From Rhynchopus sp. YZ270_cl-10 (lineage: Eukaryota): a DNA stretch of 64,000 bases. The stretch's first letter is position 1; each line of letters opens with the position of its first letter. The position numbers and the translations under genes are program-made. Shown one piece after another: positions 1-11,646 of this stretch. The stretch lies in assembly GCA_964035575.1 (NCBI GenBank), contig OZ037837.1, positions 1,240,001 to 1,304,000 of the forward strand, written 5' to 3'. Below the pieces are notes generated by a model. The model saw only the letters and a list, made by a program, of their open reading frames with translations, searched no databases and had not been told where the DNA came from.

Positions 1-146
1 GCGATGTAAACACGACACAACTTATCCACAGAAAAGTTTTTGATTTTGTCCCTACACACTCCACAAAAATTCGGTGCGATCAACGAAAAATTCTTTTTCT
101 GATTTCGTTTCTTTCTTTATCAGACTAGCTCAAACTCAGATAACAG

Positions 147-193
<47 letters not shown>

Positions 194-335
194 ACACAGG
201 AGGGTGTTCAAATTTCCCGTTTTTCCCTTTTCTCCCGTTTTTCCCTTTGTCTTTGCCATTTTTTTTTCCAAAAAAAAAAAAATTTTTTTTTTTTGACGAG
301 GCAATTTTCACTTAGGTGAAAACTTTCACTTAAGG

Positions 336-1989
336 TGAAAAAAAAAATTTTTTTTTCGAAAAATTTTTGGCCCCCTGGGGTGGGTCTTGGGGCACCGAAA
401 AATGCCAAAAAACGCAAAAATCGGGTGTTTTGAGCATCTGTGGTTACACCATATACACGTCTCTGAACAAGCCTATACTATACCCAAAAGTGGCTAGGCA
501 AGGCCGTGTTTGACCAAAAAAAAAATTTTTTTTTTTCAAAAAAACCTCAGTCCGGAAGTATCACCTCAACCGGTTACCTGCCGTAAAAGAGAGAGAGGTT
601 ACAGAACTATTGTAAGAAATTAAAAAAAAATTCAAAAAAAAATCGAGTTTTCGTCACCTGTGGGTGGTCGTAGGATCGAAATTTGCGAAAAATTTTCACT
701 TTTTTTTTTTGACCCAAAAAATTTTTTTTCGACAAGGCAACGGGAAAAATGACTAAGGGGAAAAGGGAAAAAAGTTTTATTTTGCCTGGACGGGGATGGG
801 GGCGGCTTTGTCTAGATTGTTTTTATTTTGTAGTCTTTTGTTGGGTTAAGGGGATTGGCAGACAACACTGAGGACCTCCTTGGGCCACAGCTGTTGGCGT
901 TGTCTAGCTCTACCCGGCTGTACACGGTCGGCCTGAAAACAGGTCCGAATCTAGGCTATGTGAACGAAATAAAAATAGCCAAAAAAGAAGGAGAAAGGGA
1001 AGAAGGGGGGGGGAGAGGGGAGAAAAAGTAAAAAGAAGTCTCTAAAGTCTATGCGGCGGAGCGAAGGCGCGTCTGCACAAGACTCCTCAGGCGATTGCAC
1101 AGCGTCGACGCCTTCCTCAGCTCCTCCTGACTCAACATCGGCCTCACTGCAGTCCTCCACCGCCCACAGTACTCGAAAGCCTCCGCCGCCGTCATAGAGT
1201 CCCCGCCTTGGGAGCTGAAATGAGTGGTAGTGGGATAGAACAACCCCTCCCACTCATCCGCGGTCTCTGGAATAGGCAAGTCAAACCCGGGGCAGGGCGC
1301 TATGTCATTCCATACCGGCACAGGGTTCGGGAGGGCTGGTGGTGCGGATTGGTAGCCACTCTCCGATGGTGTGTCTGTGCTGGGGACCGAGGTTGCGCCA
1401 GGCAAGGGAACTGCGTGCTGGGACCCGCCAAGGAGGTCCGCGGAGTACGCACTGTCTTGCGAGGCGACGTGTGGCTGCTCACTCGTGTCAGCGTGAGAGT
1501 GAGCTGCCTCAGAGGACGTGTATACGGGGAGGGCTGGGGTGGTGTTTGAATAGCCACTCTCCGTATGGGTCCTTGATGGCTGCGCCTGCGACGTAGCGAC
1601 CTGCGGAACAGCGTGAGGCTGCTCTCTCGTGCTGGTGGATGAGGGAACAGCCACATCAGACGCGGGTACGGGGAGGGCTGCGTGGGTGTTGTAATAGCCA
1701 CTCTCCGTATTTGTCTGATGCTGCTGAGACTCGTCCGATGCAGAGTGCGCCTGCGACGAAGTGCCAGGTTGGACAGGGGTCTGCACGACCTGGGGCGCGT
1801 GGGAATTTTGAGGATCCTCTATTTTGAGGATCGTTTTCACAGTCACATTTTACCTTAGCAAAATCTGAAAAAAAAAATTTTTTTTTCGAAAAATTTTTAG
1901 ACCCCTGGGGTGGGTCTTGGGGCACCGAAAAATGCAAAAAAACGTAAAAATCGGGTGTTTTGAGCATCTGTGGTTACACCATATACACG
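336..1989. repeat. Two ~124-bp direct repeats (336-459 and 1866-1989) bracketing a minus-strand ORF; module of a dispersed element family
   Basis: TGAAAAAAAAAATTTTTTTTTCGAAAAATTTTT..CCCCTGGGGTGGGTCTTGGGGCACCGAAAAATGC...TCGGGTGTTTTGAGCATCTGTGGTTACACCATATACACG occurs twice with few mismatches; related text at ~51660-51770 and ~13130-13200. Confidence 0.85.
1049..1846 (-). CDS. Hypothetical protein: Ser/Thr/Pro/Gln-rich with three ESGY..PALP repeats and a globular-looking C-terminus; possibly element-encoded
   Basis: 265-aa open frame in a GC-rich island; TAGCCACTCTCC repeated at ~1353, 1551, 1695; ORF starts at GTG so the true start or upstream exon is uncertain. Confidence 0.4.
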   Translation of the reverse strand: MTVKTILKIEDPQNSHAPQVVQTPVQPGTSSQAHSASDESQQHQTNTESGYYNTHAALPVPASDVAVPSSTSTREQPHAVPQVATSQAQPSRTHTESGYSNTTPALPVYTSSEAAHSHADTSEQPHVASQDSAYSADLLGGSQHAVPLPGATSVPSTDTPSESGYQSAPPALPNPVPVWNDIAPCPGFDLPIPETADEWEGLFYPTTTHFSSQGGDSMTAAEAFEYCGRWRTAVRPMLSQEELRKASTLCNRLRSLVQTRLRSAA

Positions 1990-3543
1990 CCTGTAACTCC
2001 ACATAGGACCATTACCATGGTTTCGTTAGCCCTTGTGGCATTCCCCCTGCAGTTTCCTGCTCATCGGCGGCCTCTAGTCCGTGTGGACTTGGCCCACTAC
2101 CAGCTTCCGGAGGAGCGACGCTCACGTGCGAGCGTCGGACCGGTCACTGCTCTGGGTGCCATGTGCTCTAGCCAATTCTTGACGAGGATAGGGGTGCAGA
2201 CCGCCAAGTCCGGACGGTCGGAGGGAACCTTCCCCACCACACGTCAGTTCTCCTTAGCTCCTTGTGACTTGACTCGTGCCGGTGCTGGTGTCTACAAGCT
2301 TCAACCTCTTCTTGTGACCCACCGAGCACGCAGCCAACAGTGCGTCAAACCCTCAAGATCCTGTAGCACCGAGGATGTGTGAGCCCCAAGCGTCTGCGCC
2401 AGGACATACGCCGTCTGCCATCAAGCGGAGGGTGCTCCAATACTCCTCAGACACGAAGGAGCAATCACAGCGATCACGAACCACGCGATTGAGGCGGTTT
2501 CACAGGTGGTCAGCGGGAGGCTTCACAAAGCAACACCGCTTCCGGAGATGACCGGCTCCCCTCTTCCTCAACATGCACCAGAGCCCTATTTTTCACAAGC
2601 GGTCCCGAAACCTTAAAGTTTGCGCAAGCCCTGGAGTCATCCGATGACGCAAGGCAAGTCACTCTCCCAAAGCGATGCCATTGGATGGCAGTATCCGAAG
2701 TCAGACCTCCGGGAACTATTGAATCCTTAATGGACGACTTCAATGTGATCGCTGCCTTCTCCCTCTACGCCCCACCCTTCAAGAACACGGAGACTCGCAA
2801 GCTGCAAGTAATTTGAGGTTGTTTCTGCGAGCCCCGACCTAAACCGTTCATCTTCAGAGATATGTACAATGTGCGCACTACTTTCCGCAGGAAGAACGGG
2901 CCCATTTTGGGCTCCGACCTCAGAGGCCGTTTTCGAAGACAGCTACAGTGGGATATTTTGGTTCCTCAATTTTTTATAACAAAAGCGAAAATCTGCCTAT
3001 GTGCTTGAAAAATGCTGTGCATTTTTGGTAGAATTTTTTAAAAATTGCTATACTCCCCTATGACTGGACCCAACTCCCCTCACTCTTTTTTTGGTCAAAA
3101 ACCCCAAATTTTTCTACCGTTTTTTCCGTTTTTGACCTTTTTAGACACCCTCCACAGCAATTTTGTGATTCAGTTTCTGGTTTGCGAATCAAATTGGAAA
3201 CGGTGGAGTTTTCTTTGTATCGGAAGAGAGGCGCATATTGCAGAGGATAGAGAAACTGAAAAGTCGTGACACTCAAAATTGAGGAGCAGCCAACGAAAGG
3301 ATGATAGCCAGATTCAAAAGGAAAACATAGTGGAGCAGATCCTCGGGGTGTCCACACAACAGCAAAGCTTTCAAAAACAAAAGACCTCTCCCCTGGCAAC
3401 TGTTTGTTGTCTCTTGCACACCACACCACACCCTTCCACCCCCCTTTAAATGCGAAGTAGTTTGATTTGGATGTCTTGTGGGAAACGAAGCAACTAAGTC
3501 AGTAGGTACCCAAAACATCTGCACAAAACAGAGACACAACACA

Positions 3544-4680
3544 ATGGAAATATGTGTGAAGAGCTTTGACGGAGAGAAGTACACAATCGATGTGGGTGTG
3601 GATGACACAACTGAGGACATACGGCGGAAGGCGGCGTCTGCAGCAGAGTTGCGCGAAGACGGCTTTGACATAAGCTTTGGCGGGAAGGTGATGGCAGAAG
3701 GAGACGACACGACGCAGCTGAGTGCTGGGGACACGATTGTGCTGACGAAGACGAAGTCGGAGAAGGACGACGCCATTGCAGCTCTTTGTGCCTCCGCCTT
3801 GGGTGAGACAAGGCTGACCGCAGAGTGGTTCGAACGTCTGGCAGATCCCAATCTGGTTCATTTGTATCTGCTGGCGGAAGTTGTTACTGAGATCCCCTCT
3901 AACTGTTTAAAACGGGGCACGTTCGAAAAACTTGATCTCAGTGGTGTGTCAGTTGTGACTACAGTACGAGACCACTTCGTCTTTGACTGTACCTCATTGC
4001 ACACTGCTGATTTATCTGGGTGGGGCAATGTGACGCACATTGGGAGGGGCTTCTTCTATGGGTGCACCTCGTTGACGGCACTTGACATATCTGGGTGGCG
4101 CAGTGTGACGCAAATAGGTGACTCCCTCCTCTCCCACTGCAGCGCCTTGAGAACCGTTGACTTGTCTGGGTGGAGCAACCTGACCCAAATTGGGAACTCA
4201 CTTCTCCAGGGCTGCAGCGCGTTGACAACACTTGACTTTTCTGGATGGAGCAATACGACGGTAATAGGAGACTACTTCCTCCGCAGCTGCACCGAATTGA
4301 GAACCGTTGACTTCTCTGGGTGGAGCAACGTGACGCACGCCGGGCCCTTCTTCCTCTACAACTGCTGCGCCTTGACCACACTAGACTTGTCTGGGTGGAA
4401 CAAAGTGACGTACATTGACAAGAACTTCGTCAGCGAGTGCACCTCATTAACCAATCTTAACTTGTCCGGGTGGAACAATGTAACACGAATTGAGGACGAC
4501 TTCGTCTCCAACAGCTCGTTGACAACACTTAACTGGTCTGGGTGGATGAGTGTGACACATATTGGTCATGGAGCACTCAAGGCATGCGACATACGTAAAT
4601 GCAGCATCAACGTCACCGGATCGAGCAGTGTTGTGTCAGGGTTTGTTCACGCCAAGAAACGCCAGTGTGTGTGCATGTGA
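3544..4680 (+). CDS. Ubiquitin-like domain + BspA/LRR_5-type leucine-rich repeats + C-terminal CaaX
   Basis: N-term MEICVKSFDGEKYTIDVGVDDTTEDIRRK..FGGKVM (UBL pattern); about 9-10 ~25-aa repeats LxxLDLSGWxNVTxIGxxFLxxCxx; ends KKRQCVCM; first ATG at 3544. Confidence 0.88.
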   Translation: MEICVKSFDGEKYTIDVGVDDTTEDIRRKAASAAELREDGFDISFGGKVMAEGDDTTQLSAGDTIVLTKTKSEKDDAIAALCASALGETRLTAEWFERLADPNLVHLYLLAEVVTEIPSNCLKRGTFEKLDLSGVSVVTTVRDHFVFDCTSLHTADLSGWGNVTHIGRGFFYGCTSLTALDISGWRSVTQIGDSLLSHCSALRTVDLSGWSNLTQIGNSLLQGCSALTTLDFSGWSNTTVIGDYFLRSCTELRTVDFSGWSNVTHAGPFFLYNCCALTTLDLSGWNKVTYIDKNFVSECTSLTNLNLSGWNNVTRIEDDFVSNSSLTTLNWSGWMSVTHIGHGALKACDIRKCSINVTGSSSVVSGFVHAKKRQCVCM

Positions 4681-5059
4681 GGCAGACCCGTAAACTCGTA
4701 ACCCCTTCATCTGGACGTTCATCTGTGCTGGTTTTTCTGTCGAGCTTTCTTATGTTTTTGTTTTATTTTTTGCAAGGATGTGTGAGTTTGGGGAAGCGTT
4801 TAAAAATAGTTAACCCCTCATCCACGATTCCCAACGATTTTTACCCTCAAGCCTGAGTCAAGGGGGTGTGAGAATCAATAACGTAGAGATGTCACAACGT
4901 CGAGCACCGACCCGCCAGCGCCACCAGAGCATTCTGTCCCTTCGCATGACAGCATGCACACCCCGTGCCTTCCCACCCGCCATTGCCTTCTTCAGTGTTC
5001 TGCGTGATTCAGTGTCAGCCAAGTGAGTGGCCACGTTGTCCCCTCAACTCCCACGGTCC

Positions 5060-5751
5060 CGCGAAGTGATCGTCAAAGATGACTAAGGCAGCTCGCATGT
5101 GATTGGGGTGGGTGTGGATGACACAACGGAGACGATGCGGCAGAAGGTGGCGACAGCAGTGATGTTGGCTGAGGACAGCTTCCACATGGGACGCAGGAAG
5201 GAGAGGACATCATGGCCACTTTCCTTCCAACTGCGAGAGCCTCACAGCACCAGGCTTCTCAGCACTCTGCAATACGCAGATCGGTGAATACGTTCTTGCA
5301 GCTGAAGCAGCATCACAAAACTGTACTTGACATCAGTGAACAGGAATACACACATTAATCACAGATTTCTTTTTAGCTGCAACAGCCTCGAACTGGATTT
5401 GCCTCCACTCAACAGGATTGCACATATTGGCAACGCCTTTCTTTTCAACTGCAGCAGCCTCAAAGCGGAGCTGCTACTCAACAGTACTACGCACATCGGC
5501 AGCGATTTCCTTGTCAACTGCAACCTCACAGAACTGGACTCGTCACACTTCTCATCAGAATTGCACATATGGGTGCACGGGTTGCGATGGGTTGCACTTC
5601 GTTGAAGAGCATCCACCTCTCCGGCTGCAGCAGCGCTGTGTCGAGTCGAGTACAGGAAAGCAACCTGAAGGAGCTTGTTGATGCACGTCCGAAACGTAGC
5701 AGAGACGAATCTCCCGAGCAGTGCCGCAAGCGACGGAGAGGCTCAGAATGA
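5060..5751 (+). pseudogene. Frameshifted paralog of the UBL-LRR gene
   Basis: Fragments in different frames: IGVGVDDTTETMRQKVATA (UBL), IAHIGNAFLFNCSSL and THIGSDFLVNC (LRR), GCTSLKSIHLSGCSS; stops and frameshifts between them. Confidence 0.75.
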
Positions 5752-6128
5752 TAGAAGGCCGCAGTACGTTAAGGAGAGGGGAAGGAGCTTTGTGGTTGAA
5801 GACCTCGGAACATCTTACCCGAAACAGACTTCGCCAGCTTACCCTCTACGCCTTCGTCACTACCTATGCCCTCCAGTGCACCGCAGCTTTGTGTTGATCA
5901 ACAGTGCGAAATGCAGCAGACACCGAATCCCTTCTGCAGCAGCGACGGCGTTGTGGGCTGTTGTGCAGTGTACCTCCAACCCGGTTCTTTAGTACAGTGG
6001 GTATGGGGGGGCTCGCGTGGTGCGCATTGAAAAAAATGAAAAAATGAAACTAAAAACAAGGGTGGATTCGGGGTTTCGGGAAATGGGGGGGGGGGGGGGG
6101 GGGGGGGCCTAGGCATACCTACACGGTG

Positions 6129-6281
6129 GCTTGGTCAGGTGACTGACCAGGCTTTGACCAAGCTAAAAACATGACCAAGGGGGCTTGGTCATGACCAAGC
6201 CCCCCCTTGGTCATGACCGAGGGGGGGCCTGGTCATGACCAAGGGGGGGCTTGGTCAGACCAGGCCCCCCCTTGGTCCTGA
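6129..6281. repeat. Cluster of palindromic TTGGTCATGACCAA motifs separated by G or C runs
   Basis: GGTCATGACC or TGACCAAG repeated about 8 times in both orientations. Confidence 0.8.
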
Positions 6282-6347
6282 CGGGTAAAAATGCACGGTG
6301 GGGGGTTTGAAAACCCTGCAAAAAACACAAAATAAGAGCACAAAGCA

Positions 6348-7129
6348 TGTATACTGTGTATACTGTGTATACTACTGTGTATACTGTGTATACTGTGTAT
6401 ACTGTGTATACTGTGTATACTGTGTATACTGTGTATACTGTGTATACTGTGTATACTGTGTATACTGTGTATACTGTGTATACTGTGTATACTGTGTATA
6501 CTGTGTATACTGTGTATACTGTGTATACTGTGTATACTGTGTATACTGTGTATACTGTGTATACTGTGTATACTGTGTATACTGTGTATACTGTGTATAC
6601 TGTGTATACTGTGTATACTGTGTATACTGTGTATACTGTGTATACTGTGTATACTGTGTATACTGTGTATACTGTGTATACTGTGTATACTGTGTATACT
6701 GTGTATACTGTGTATACTGTGAAAACTGTGTATACTGTGTATACTGTGTATACTGTGTATACTGTGTATACTGTGTATACTGTGTATACTGTGTATACTG
6801 TGTATACTGTGTATACTGTGTATACTGTGTATACTGTGTATACTGTGTATACTGTGTATACTGTGTATACTGTGTATACTGTGTATACTGTGTATACTGT
6901 GTATACTGTGTATACTGTGTATACTGTGTATACTGTGTATACTGTGTATACTGTGTATACTGTGTATACTGTGTATACTGTGTATACTGTGTATACTGTG
7001 TATACTGTGTATACTGTGTATACTGTGTATACTGTGTATACTGTGTATACTGTGTATACTGTGTATACTGTGTATACTGTGTATACTGTGTATACTGTGT
7101 ATACTGTGTATACTGTGTATACTGTGTAT
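6348..7129 (+). repeat. 9-bp satellite (TATACTGTG)n, roughly 85 copies
   Basis: Near-perfect tandem array with variants at ~6370 and ~6722 (GAAAACTGT). Confidence 0.98.
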
Positions 7130-7911
7130 GCTGCGCGCGAGATACCACAGCACAGGACCTCATAAGCTCTCAGTAAGCTCTCACGGCTCCCACTAGTTCT
7201 CACTAAGCTCTCAGAGCTCTCAGTAAGCTCACAGCCTGTGTTACGTGTCTCACGGCCAAAAGACAGAAGCTTGATTGTTTTCTTTGAGTACCGGCCGCGT
7301 ACATATGACGTCGCGTACTAATTAAGTCGGTTAGGGCAAATGCCGACTTAATTAGTACGCGACGTAATAAGTGTGCGACGTAATTAATTTTTGGAAGAAA
7401 ACAAAATCTACGTACAAGGTGAGTGGGAAGGGTTTCTGGAATTTCTCTTGGTGTTGGCGTGTTGGCCCTCGGCCCTTTACAAGGATACATTGGGCAGAGA
7501 TTGCAGCATGGAAACGTTTTTTTAATGTTTGTTGAAATATGAATGAATAGCTCAAATTGCGGATTTGAGGAACTCCATTGGCACTTCCCACTCCTCTTGC
7601 GCATACGGAGGTGCTAGACGCACTGTGGCAGAGTTCTCACCGATTTCTTCCACCTTACCCTGTGTCGTCTACACGCGCCGCGTGTTGGGTTTGCTCTCCT
7701 CCTCGTTCACACGATCTGCGATGGCCTTCGAGATTGTGTGGGTTTGGTGGTATCCCCCCAGTGATGTGCCCACACCAGCTGTGTTCCAACATGATTACCC
7801 CCACTTTTTTTCACCTTACGGTGTGTACTAATTACGTCGCTTTTTGGGGGCCCAAGGGCCCCCAAAAAGCGACTTAATTAGTACGCGACGTAATAAATAC
7901 GCGACGTAATA

Positions 7912-9316
7912 CAGTGTGACACAGAATTAATGGCCGATGACGACATTTTGTAAAAATTGTTATATTATTCTAAAAAATAGGCAAAATTTGACTCATTTCA
8001 TTGCATTTTCAACTGGCCGTGTATGAAAAGTGTGTGTGTGGGGAAAATATTAACATGGAAATATCCCTTTTTGGTAAAAAAGGGTGTATGTGTAAAAAAA
8101 AAAAAATACAGTGTAGCAGTACAAACGAGTGGGTGCACAAAAATAAATAGAGCATGCATTAGTATTTTGTGTGCATTCCGTTGGAATTGCGAACTGCGTC
8201 TAGGCGTCGTGGCATTGACATGATGTAACGTGCAACGAAGCTATTGTCCATCTTGGACCATTCCTTGTTGATGGCACGTTTAAGTGCTGACACGTCTTTG
8301 GGCTCCCGTTCGTTGACTGCAGTCTGCAGCTTGGCCCACAGGTTCTCAATAGGATTGAGATCAGGGGAGTTGCCTGGCCAGTCAGCTTTAGGGAGGAACG
8401 AGAAAGGTTGGGAGGAGAGGAATGCTTGAGTAACGTTCGCAGTGTGGCAGGGTGCCCCATCCTGCTGAAACGTGTAGCTACTGTCAGGCAGGAGTTCTTT
8501 TATTTCTTTGAGCGCTTTCTGTAAGACGAGCGTACGGTACTTCTCTGCATTGAGAGCACCGTCATAGAAATAGAGCTTCGTCTTACCTCTGGTGGTGATT
8601 CCTCCCCAGACGTGAACCTTCTGCGTAGCCCTGACCTTATCAACGGTTGGGGGCGGCTCATCACCATCTGCAACCCAGACAACATCGTTCTTCTTGCTCA
8701 CCCGAGAAAAAAGCCAAAAGTCTTTTTCATCGGTGAACATCACCTTTGACCAGTCGGTGTTTCGATGCGTTTCAGCAAACTCTATCCGGGCAGTGATGTT
8801 CTTTTCCGAGAGCTTTGGTTTGCTCTTCGTTTGAACGGGCTTCAGCCCCTTCTCCTTCAGGCACCTGCGGACACTCTCCCTCGAAATCTGTAGTCGCGAC
8901 GCTACTTTCCTGCAAGACTGAAACCGCTTGCCCCGCATGTGTCTAACCACCCTATTCTTAACGGTGTCGGTGGTGGCCGATCTCTTGCGTCCCCTCCCTG
9001 GCTTGTCCGAAAAATTCCGCTCTCCAGCGCGGTACTCCTTCACCCACCTACCCAAACTCCTCTTCGCAACGTTCAGCAACTCCGCCACCTCATCATGGCT
9101 CTTACCGCCAACAACGACTAGCGACGCTGCCTGTAGGCGCAACCCTTCCCTCGTGGCCTCAGTGTTCACTTTACCCTTAACCATTATATTTTTGCTTTTA
9201 TTGTGTTCCTGGGCGTAAATATTTTATGTTTTGGGGGTGTTTTGAATATGTCCTTGTCAAAATTTGCCGTTTTTTTATAAAATGTCTTCATCGGCCATTA
9301 ATTCTGTGTCACACTG
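7912..9316 (-). mobile_element. Full-length Tc1/mariner (IS630-Tc1-mariner) DNA transposon, 1405 bp
   Basis: 29-bp perfect TIR CAGTGTGACACAGAATTAATGGCCGATGA, extending imperfectly to ~45 bp; TA on both sides (7910-7911, 9317-9318); single transposase ORF. Confidence 0.96.
8159..9184 (-). CDS. Tc1-like transposase, DD37E
   Basis: N-terminal HTH regions, GRGRKR linker, FTDEK, VWGGI, FQQDGAPCH, WPGNSPDLNPIENLW; 37 residues between second D and E. Confidence 0.95.
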   Translation of the reverse strand: MVKGKVNTEATREGLRLQAASLVVVGGKSHDEVAELLNVAKRSLGRWVKEYRAGERNFSDKPGRGRKRSATTDTVKNRVVRHMRGKRFQSCRKVASRLQISRESVRRCLKEKGLKPVQTKSKPKLSEKNITARIEFAETHRNTDWSKVMFTDEKDFWLFSRVSKKNDVVWVADGDEPPPTVDKVRATQKVHVWGGITTRGKTKLYFYDGALNAEKYRTLVLQKALKEIKELLPDSSYTFQQDGAPCHTANVTQAFLSSQPFSFLPKADWPGNSPDLNPIENLWAKLQTAVNEREPKDVSALKRAINKEWSKMDNSFVARYIMSMPRRLDAVRNSNGMHTKY

Positions 9317-9789
9317 TATGTACGCGGCCGGTACTCAATTAACCAGAACAACCGTACTTCAGTTTAACACATTTTTTCACCTTATTGTTTTCCGGCTTGG
9401 AGCGCACAAACAACATGGATAACCAAGTTTTTGCAGGTTCAAAAACGATGGCAGTAGGCATCTTCACGCTTCAGAGCACTATGCGCTTGTTACAGCTTGA
9501 CGTTGGGAGAAGTCTCACCACTACAAGCTGAGGGTTTGTTGAAGGCCTTCATGTCAACCTCGTTGAGAGGAGGTGGCGTGTCCACGCTTAGTGAATTGTT
9601 GTAACGCTCAGTGACTTGTCCACGTGGGGTGGCATGTCCACTCTTAGTTACTTGTTGTAAATACGGCCCGGCTTTGCGCGCACAAACAAAAGACCCGATA
9701 TTTTTGCGTGTCACATTCCCTCAATTCAAGTGTGAGTCACTCACACTTGAAGTCATGTGCCACTGCGTGGGTACCTGTGTACCTGTGTT

Positions 9790-9922
9790 CACAGTATACA
9801 CAGTATACACAGTATACACAGTATACACAGTATACACAGTATACACAGTATACACAGTATACACAGTATACACAGTATACACAGTATACACAGTATACAC
9901 AGTATACACAGTATACACAGTG
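9790..9922 (-). repeat. 9-bp satellite (CACAGTATA)n, reverse complement of the 6348-7129 array, about 14 copies
   Basis: Direct reading. Confidence 0.97.
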
Positions 9923-11646
9923 TGGATATTCTGAGAGACCAAAAAGGCCTCAAGAATATCTTCCGGTAGTCAAGGTAGAACCGAATGAACGGCCCAAGAC
10001 CCCCGTGGAGAAGTTAAATGTTGTAATGCTATCAAGTAGAAACTGCGAACACTGTCTTACCCTCCTCAATGCATGGTGGAAGATGTCTTTCACAACAAAT
10101 ATCCTGTACCCAGGTACCCAGGTTCCCAGACCCACGCAGTACCACGTCGCAGTACTACGCAAAATTTACCACCAGCCCTGTCTTCGTGCACCTGAAGTAC
10201 AACGCCGCAGACAGGCCAAACATGCGTTGGACTCAGAGGAATGCCCGCTGTGCAGGTATCATGAGAACCAACTCCCAGCAACAAGGGGCGCCTTTTGGCG
10301 GGCGTTGTTGAGGGTGTTTGGGGTGCAAAGTTTTCCACAATTTTGATGCGCGGGTACAGAAGTGTTGTCTTGTTCTTTCATCTCTAGGAATGTAAATGTC
10401 AATCGCGTTTAACTACCACTAGGGCTTGTTTAGTGAACCCACGAGGGGTCGAAGGGGGTTGGTTATCCCATATCTATCAAAGGTTGTGTCGACCAGGCGA
10501 AACCACTATGTTACGCTGTACGTTGTTAAATCCGAAGAAATAACACTTTAGCAGCCGCAGGAAGTTTGCTAAAAAGAGTGCCTCACGCTACACAAACCAC
10601 CACCCGCGATTGACTTAGATGTTATAACAAAGAGAATTCAGAACAAAACAACACCCTGCCCCATACACACTAAATTGTCATGCTTCAAGAGCATGCCTGG
10701 GCCAAAATTACTATGACGAAAAGGCAACAAGACCACCCACAAGGAGTGTGAATTGTGCACTGGTTTTCTGGGGGAACGCAATATTTTCTTGTGTCTAGCC
10801 CTCCGCGAGCAGAGGACAGACTTTCCGGAAGGTTTCCAAAGTCGAATTTCTTGCACTAGCTATGCTCCCTGGGTTAATGGCTATAGCAGTGACTAACAAA
10901 GTGTTCCCACCCCCTTTTCACCGTAGATATTCTCCCGAGATTGATGCCGGTGAACGCCCTTTGAATTTTGAGTTCCAAATGTCGGAGAGCGGCGAAGGTT
11001 CAATATGTTCGCAATATAAATGTCCAATATGTTCGCTCGTTCTGCGCAGTTGGTTCTCGATGTTGCACTCGCGATACCTGTTTAAAAGTGAAGTTGTGAG
11101 TGGTGGGGAAATTAAAGAAGGTGACTTCTTAAAAAAATAAGTTGGCCTGAGGGTGTAAAATATTCTGCATCATAGTAACTGCAAATGAGAGAATGACGAG
11201 GAGGGACGATGGGGAGTGAGAGGAGAGGTGGAGTGAAAGTGAACATTGAAATCATTTGAGTAAAAAGGTGGGTATCTAGGTTGTTGAATATTCACCACTA
11301 AACATATTTACATACCTTGTCTTGCGCCTTCGCTGCTGTCAAGGTGCCTTCTCTGGGTGCCCAGTACCTAGTGTACCTGGGTACCTGGGTCAGTCAGTAC
11401 CCAGTACCCAGTACCCAGTACCCAGTACCCAGTACCCAGTACCCAGTACCCAGTACCCAGTACCCAGTACCCAGTACCCAGTACCCAGTACCCAGTACCC
11501 AGTACCCAGTACCCAGTACCCAGTACCCAGTACCCAGTACCCAGTACCCAGTACCCAGTACCCAGTACCCAGTACCCAGTACCCAGTACCCAGTACCCAG
11601 TACCCAGTACCCAGTACCCAGTACCCAGTACCCAGTACCCAGTACC

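Larger units (their letters stand above)
7284..9338. mobile_element. Non-autonomous TIR element (MITE) interrupted in its right TIR by the Tc1 element
   Basis: Left end TTGAGTACCGGCCGCGTACATA(TGACGTCGCGTA); right end, after removing 7912-9316, is its reverse complement; internal GACTTAATTAGTACGCGACGTAAT repeats. Confidence 0.8.

Noticed and set aside
6211..7203. YTV, HSI, YCV and TQY repeat ORFs (also 9611-10346)
   Set aside because: Stop-free translations of the 9-bp satellite on both strands; no evidence of coding
9340..11340. Possible transposase remnant between the satellites
   Set aside because: No catalytic or family motif found in the frames examined
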